A DNA stretch of 64,000 nt from an uncultured bacterium. GTDB lineage: Bacteria; Patescibacteriota; Minisyncoccia; Phycocordibacterales; CAIZLB01. How positions within the stretch are numbered: the stretch's first letter is position 1; the number at the start of each line of letters is the position of its first letter. This document shows positions 58,915-64,000 of this stretch, in pieces. The position numbers were made by a program, and so were the translations under genes. The stretch covers positions 1,453 to 65,452 of the forward strand of contig CAIJKW010000018.1 in assembly GCA_903821355.1 (NCBI GenBank), written 5' to 3'. The notes beneath the pieces are model-generated. The model had not been told where the DNA came from. It ran no database searches and worked only from the letters and a program-made list of their open reading frames with translations.

Positions 58915-61900
58915 ATGAATAAAAGATATAATATATTGGCTAAATTAGTTTTTCTAATTTTCTTGATTTTAATAATAATTGGGATTATTTTTGGTAATTT
59001 TGGTAATAAAAAAGTTATTGCCTCAGATCTGCCACCTGGCGTTTCTTGTGGGGGAGTAATCAAACAAATTAGGTATATCAGTACACCAATTACAATACAG
59101 AGTAATCAATTTTGGTCAGCTGATTTTGATTATGAAATAACCGCTCAAGTCACAATACTAGCAAGCACCTCTTTAAGTATTGAAAATGGTGCAAGTATAT
59201 CAATAAGTAATAATGCATATTTTGATATTGAGGGTGGTGTTTTGAATATCGGGTTTGCAACAGGTACATCTGGCGTGTCCACAACTTCTGTACCCGCACC
59301 ATCTGCATCAACTGATTTTTTGTCTGATATTAATTCAGTGAGCAATTCTTTAAGCGGTGGTTTGATGGATCTTTTTGCGGTGGACAATGTTTTTGATTCA
59401 ACACAATACAAATCACAGCCAACACTTAACTCTCAGATTAATATTTCTGGAGTTGGCTATAATAACATCTTCAATATTAATAATGGCGGAGTAGTTAATA
59501 TCAGAAAAACAAATATTGAGGGGTGGAAAAATTCAATCGTTTCAGGCGATGGAACTGCTACGAGTGGATATAATGATCTAGAAAGAACACTTTTTGGTGT
59601 ATATAGAAAATCAAAACTGAATATTTTTGAAACAAATATTAATAATGTTGAGGTCAAAGGAACTCAGGCTTTTTATGCCTATGATAACAGTCAAATTATT
59701 TTATATAGAAGTAACGTAAATGGATTTGCAGGAAATGAGTTTTCAAATATATTCAAAAGCTCAAGCCTAAATATCTTTAGGACAAAAATAACTGATGCTA
59801 GGGTAAATAATGGGGTAGGTGTTTATTCAAAAAGCATCTTAAATTTTCAGAAATCCTCAATATCTGCTAATCCTTTAGTTTTGGCTAGTTCTGGTTCAGG
59901 AACGTGTTTCTCTGGTTATAGCGGCACAACAGTTAATGTTTTAAATTCTGACATTGGTCCATGTTTTAAGGCTTTTAATTTTAGTGGAACAGGCAACTTT
60001 AAAGTTAATCAAAATAATTTTTCTGGCAACGGAGATGTCGTTTTGAATTTTAGCCCATACGTTGATTTCAAAAATAATTGGTGGGGAAGAAGTGATGGTC
60101 CAAGACCTTTGGATTTATCAAGCTTAGATCCTGATGGTAATTATTCTAACGATGATTATATAAAGGCAATTAAGAACCAAAATGCTGTAGAGGATTATTC
60201 AAACGGTGTGGTATCTGTTCCTTTTTCGCCCACTCCTTTTAGAGAAGCAGTTCCATGTTGCTCTTCAGTCTTGTTTATTCCAGGAATTCAGTCTAGCCGG
60301 CTTTACAAAAGAGGTTTGTTTGGAACAGAAAATCAACTATGGGAGCCAAATAGAAATAAGGATGCAGAGTCTTTGTTTTTAAATTCAAGCGGTCAGACCA
60401 AAGACTCGTCAATTTATACCAGAGATATTATCGCAAAGACTAATTTTTTTGGACCAATTGGCGCTATCGATATTTATCAAAGTCTCATTGATTTTTTCGC
60501 CAAAGAAAAATCTGATAAAAATATTAACGATTTTCAAACCCTCGCCTACGACTGGCGAATGCTCCCTTCTAATATTCTATCCTCTGGAATCAAGACTGAT
60601 TCTTATACTGTGATGTTGAAAGATAAGATTAAGGAGATGGCAAAGGCGGCTCCATCTGGAAAGGTTATTATTGTTGCGCATAGCTATGGCGGTCTTTTGG
60701 CAAAATCATTAATGGAAGATCTTGAGAAAGAAGGTCAAGATGACTTGATTGAATCTGTTGCTCTTGTTTCTGTCCCTGAATACGGTACACCGCAAGCTAT
60801 TCCATCACTTTTCTATGGAGATAATGAAGATTTGCTTGGAGGTTTGATATTAAGTAAATCGACGGCGATTTCTTTGGGTAAAAACATGTTATCAGCACAT
60901 TTGCTTTTGCCATCATCGTCATATTTTACGGAATCTTATGGAGTGCAAGATGGAAGCCAGGCTGGTGCGCAGACTGGAGGACAGACTGGATCGCAGGTTG
61001 GATCGCAGGCCTTGAAAAATATAATAAGTTTTGACAATTGGGTTTCTTCTAAATACAAACTAGGTCTAACAAAAATTGACTCTTATTCAGAGACGGCAGA
61101 TTTTTTGAAAAATAAGAATATTGTTTCATCTAGTGGTATAAATTCTTCCTTATATGACAGAGCTGAAACGGAGCATGATTTGATAGATAATTATTCTGCT
61201 AATTTATCAGCAAAAACTTATTCAATTGTTGCTGTTGGCATACCAACGCTCTCTAGTATGACCTATGTAAAACCAAAATGTAGGGGCTTTTTCTTCTGCT
61301 CATCAAGCAATACCAGCTTGCCAGATTTTACTAGAAAGTATTCTTTAATGGGCGATGGTGTTGTCATCGCACATAATCTTGGCAGAAGGACGGGGTCTGT
61401 CTTTACTGTTGATATCGGAAAAGAAAATGAGATTAAAAAGACAGCTCCGGTATATTTTAGAGAAGATCCAATTAGTCACAAAGATGTATTCAGATCTTCT
61501 GGTGTTAAGGACGTATTGCACGCAATATTGAGTCGGTCAAAAAAGGAATCAGAAATGGTCAATTCTTTTGGCTTACTTTCAAACCCTTATGTTTCTTACG
61601 TTTCCGGTTCGCTTTCCAAGCCTGGTCCAATTCTTGGGGCTTATGGAAATTCTTCAATCTTCTCTGGAATATCCAAGATTGCAGAAGATGCTGCGGACTC
61701 TGATTTTATGCAGAGATTTAATAACAGCAAGATGTTTACCATAGAAGCATATGGTCCCATAATTTTAAAAACAAATTATCAAAACATTAGCGATTTGCAG
61801 AACAAGCCGTTTGACCAACTGAATTTAGAAAATAGGATTGTCAATTACACTAAATATTCTGATAGTAATAGGGTTGGTGTCGTGTCGGCTGTATATAGTG

Positions 61901-62610
61901 GCACTAATAGCGGCACTAGTGGAGTTGGTACAAATATCTTTGGGCAGGGAAGCGGGGTTGGTACTGTGCAGATTGTGACGAAAATCGATAATAAAGAAGT
62001 TATTTATCCAAATACTTCAATTACTCCTTCAACTGTCGTTGGTGTTGATTCTTCCACAACGACTATTGCCATAGATAATAACGGCGATGGTACGGCTGAT
62101 AAAATAATCAAACCGCTTCAAATAAATGATGGGACATCGACTGATTCCATGAACGCGTCTACTAGTTCAGAATCTATAGACGATCTTTTTGTGAAAGCAA
62201 AAGTAAGAATACAAAAATTTGTAAGTGGAGGAGGGACAACTGGAACTGCTGGAATTTCAACACCTGTGAGTGCACCCTTTGCAACATCGTCAGTCTATTT
62301 GGCAAATAAGTATATAGAAAAGTTGGATGTTGCACAGAGAAGATATCAAAAGTTTGGCGTGTTTCAGTCTTTGAATCAATTGAAATCTTTCTACGGCACA
62401 ATGGAGTCAAACATGAACGTAATTTCTAATCTGATTATTACCTATAACAAGGAACAGGGTTTTTATGTTTTAAATAACTTTTTGGAAACCAATAAAAAGG
62501 TTCTATTTCTAAACCAACGTCAAAAAGAAATTAGAGAAGAAATTCTTGTCTACTTGGAAATTCACGATGCTTTTGCCGAGCTGATGCAAAAGATGGGAGA
62601 GGGTCTATAA
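58915..62610 (+). CDS. Giant membrane-anchored protein: parallel beta-helix repeat region plus alpha/beta-hydrolase (lipase/esterase, GxSxG) domain plus C-terminal domain of unknown function
   Basis: 1231 aa; N-terminal TM anchor; PbH1-like repeats with NNWWGRSDGP; YDWRML and IIVAHSYGGLLAKS (AHSxG nucleophile elbow) as in PGAP1/LCAT-like lipases. Confidence 0.5.
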   Translation: MNKRYNILAKLVFLIFLILIIIGIIFGNFGNKKVIASDLPPGVSCGGVIKQIRYISTPITIQSNQFWSADFDYEITAQVTILASTSLSIENGASISISNNAYFDIEGGVLNIGFATGTSGVSTTSVPAPSASTDFLSDINSVSNSLSGGLMDLFAVDNVFDSTQYKSQPTLNSQINISGVGYNNIFNINNGGVVNIRKTNIEGWKNSIVSGDGTATSGYNDLERTLFGVYRKSKLNIFETNINNVEVKGTQAFYAYDNSQIILYRSNVNGFAGNEFSNIFKSSSLNIFRTKITDARVNNGVGVYSKSILNFQKSSISANPLVLASSGSGTCFSGYSGTTVNVLNSDIGPCFKAFNFSGTGNFKVNQNNFSGNGDVVLNFSPYVDFKNNWWGRSDGPRPLDLSSLDPDGNYSNDDYIKAIKNQNAVEDYSNGVVSVPFSPTPFREAVPCCSSVLFIPGIQSSRLYKRGLFGTENQLWEPNRNKDAESLFLNSSGQTKDSSIYTRDIIAKTNFFGPIGAIDIYQSLIDFFAKEKSDKNINDFQTLAYDWRMLPSNILSSGIKTDSYTVMLKDKIKEMAKAAPSGKVIIVAHSYGGLLAKSLMEDLEKEGQDDLIESVALVSVPEYGTPQAIPSLFYGDNEDLLGGLILSKSTAISLGKNMLSAHLLLPSSSYFTESYGVQDGSQAGAQTGGQTGSQVGSQALKNIISFDNWVSSKYKLGLTKIDSYSETADFLKNKNIVSSSGINSSLYDRAETEHDLIDNYSANLSAKTYSIVAVGIPTLSSMTYVKPKCRGFFFCSSSNTSLPDFTRKYSLMGDGVVIAHNLGRRTGSVFTVDIGKENEIKKTAPVYFREDPISHKDVFRSSGVKDVLHAILSRSKKESEMVNSFGLLSNPYVSYVSGSLSKPGPILGAYGNSSIFSGISKIAEDAADSDFMQRFNNSKMFTIEAYGPIILKTNYQNISDLQNKPFDQLNLENRIVNYTKYSDSNRVGVVSAVYSGTNSGTSGVGTNIFGQGSGVGTVQIVTKIDNKEVIYPNTSITPSTVVGVDSSTTTIAIDNNGDGTADKIIKPLQINDGTSTDSMNASTSSESIDDLFVKAKVRIQKFVSGGGTTGTAGISTPVSAPFATSSVYLANKYIEKLDVAQRRYQKFGVFQSLNQLKSFYGTMESNMNVISNLIITYNKEQGFYVLNNFLETNKKVLFLNQRQKEIREEILVYLEIHDAFAELMQKMGEGL

Positions 62611-62639
62611 AGGGTCATGCAGGAGGTAAATAGCAAAAA

Positions 62640-62924
62640 CAAACTTGCCTTTTTCTCTGCCGTGATGTAATATCTTGCCTAAGACTTCAGATACCATAGG
62701 TGGCGTGATATATCGATATATTAAGCTATAAAATCCTGTGCAGAGGTTGAGAAACAGGACTTACGTTCTATTTTTCAAATACTCCTAAAACTGAAGTCCA
62801 ATGCCAAAAGCGTTGGATTTCTGTTTTTTAGTCAAAGTCTTGGATTCGGCAGGTCTGGCAGGTTTTAAGGTCGAGCGGTTAATCGGTTTCAAATTACAAA
62901 ATAAAACGCATTGCGTTCATTGAT
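62640..62924 (+). promoter_or_regulatory. Putative rplJ leader (L10/L12 autoregulatory leader-like 5' UTR)
   Basis: 285-nt untranslated region upstream of rplJ containing hairpin tccaatgc-caaaa-gcgttgga followed by TTTCTGTTTTTT (attenuator-like). Confidence 0.35.
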
Positions 62925-63419
62925 ATGCCTATACAAAGAGCAAAAAAAGAAGAAATAGTTTCAAAGGTTAAGGAGATTCTTGATTCCCAAAAAAGCTTGG
63001 TGTTTGTGAATTTTCACAAATTGCCAGTTATTGAAACAGGAGAGGTAAGACGTGAACTTAGAGCTCATGAGCTTGGATACTATGTAGCAAAAAAGACCCT
63101 CGTAAAAAAGGCTCTTGCTGACGCAGGTATTAAGGGTGAGCAACCATCATTTGATGGCGAGCTAGCACTAGTTTATGGTAAAGATCTTTTGGCACCAGCC
63201 AGAGAAATTTATGCCTTTCAGAAAAAGATGGATAAAAGAGTTTCAATCTTGGGTGGTATCTTTGATGGAGAATACAAAAACAAGGAAGAGATGGAGTCAA
63301 TTGCTACCATCCCTTCAAAAGAAGGTCTATTGTCTATGTTCCTCAACGTTATCAACTCTCCAATTCAAGGTTTTGTTGTCGCAATAAATGCTATAGCAGA
63401 AAAGAAGGAGTCAAATTAA
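62925..63419 (+). CDS. rplJ: 50S ribosomal protein L10
   Basis: MPIQRAKKEEIVSKVKE start and L10 fold pattern; followed by rplL. Confidence 0.85.
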   Translation: MPIQRAKKEEIVSKVKEILDSQKSLVFVNFHKLPVIETGEVRRELRAHELGYYVAKKTLVKKALADAGIKGEQPSFDGELALVYGKDLLAPAREIYAFQKKMDKRVSILGGIFDGEYKNKEEMESIATIPSKEGLLSMFLNVINSPIQGFVVAINAIAEKKESN

Positions 63420-63466
63420 ATCGCAGAGATTAAAGTTAAAAATTAAAAGTAATTAAAATAAATATT

Positions 63467-63973
63467 ATGGACGAATTAAATACAACAGGAGCTGACGTTA
63501 CAACTGATGTTGCAACAGAAGAAGTTGCCGTAGAGGCAGAGCCTAAGGCAGAAGCTAAGGTTGAGGCGAAAGCTGAAGCTAAGGCAGAAGTAGCAGAGAA
63601 AGTAGAGACACCTGCACATTTTAAAGCTATTGTTGATTCAATAGAAAAAATGACAGTTCTAGAACTTCACGAGCTTGTGAAATTCCTAGAGAAGAAGTTT
63701 GGAGTATCAGCTGCAGCAGTTGCTGTTGCTGGTCCTGCAGCTGGTCCTGCAGCTGAAGAGAAGACATCTTTTGATGTTAATCTAAAGGATGCTGGAGCAA
63801 ACAAGATTTCTATTATTAAGGTTGTTAAGGAAGTTCTAGGACTTGGCCTAAAAGAGGCAAAGGATCTAGTTGACGCTGCTCCTTCAACTCTTAAGTCTGG
63901 AATGAAGAAAGAGGATGCTGAGGCTCTTAAGAAGCAAGTAGAAGAGGCTGGTGGAACTGTAGAGCTTAAATAA
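63467..63973 (+). CDS. rplL: 50S ribosomal protein L7/L12
   Basis: N-terminal dimerisation region, Ala/Glu-rich hinge, C-terminal [22 protein letters not shown]...[11 protein letters not shown]. Confidence 0.9.
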   Translation: MDELNTTGADVTTDVATEEVAVEAEPKAEAKVEAKAEAKAEVAEKVETPAHFKAIVDSIEKMTVLELHELVKFLEKKFGVSAAAVAVAGPAAGPAAEEKTSFDVNLKDAGANKISIIKVVKEVLGLGLKEAKDLVDAAPSTLKSGMKKEDAEALKKQVEEAGGTVELK

Positions 63974-64000
63974 GCCACAAAAGCTAAACAAAAGCCTACA

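Noticed and set aside
1-64000. CRISPR array / cas genes
   Set aside because: No regularly spaced 25-40-nt direct repeats were seen anywhere in the window. The only recurring element is the palindromic intergenic repeat family, which is not arrayed.

Overview
This 64 kb window is low-GC (about 35%) and gene-dense, and reads like a CPR/Patescibacteria (Parcubacteria-like) chromosome. Standard genetic code fits: the large genes give full-length uninterrupted proteins. The backbone is housekeeping: tsaE, polA, mutM, ruvA, rpsT, pilMNO, rluA-like, rplS, secE-nusG-rplK, argS, ileS, glyS, metG, tatD, rpsF-ssb-rpsR, efp, recA, ftsK and rplJ-rplL, plus seven tRNAs. Several things are not housekeeping. 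Three short GC-rich islands (about 48-50% GC) sit next to translation genes; two have no credible coding content and one carries a ClpP-like protease. A composite palindromic repeat, GGCGATTY-N4-GAATCGCC followed by TACYGGG, recurs at four intergenic loci; at three of them a TATAAT box sits 6-7 nt upstream of the start codon, implying leaderless mRNAs. IleS carries a complete histidine-phosphatase (RHG) domain inserted in its catalytic core. There is a RuvX::tRNA-binding-domain fusion, an AbiEi/AbiEii-like pair, a solitary MazF-like toxin, and a promoter-plus-terminator-bounded candidate sRNA of about 160 nt. The rplK and rplJ genes are separated by 32 kb with no rplA between them. Every call below rests on motif recognition by eye; nothing was searched against a database.
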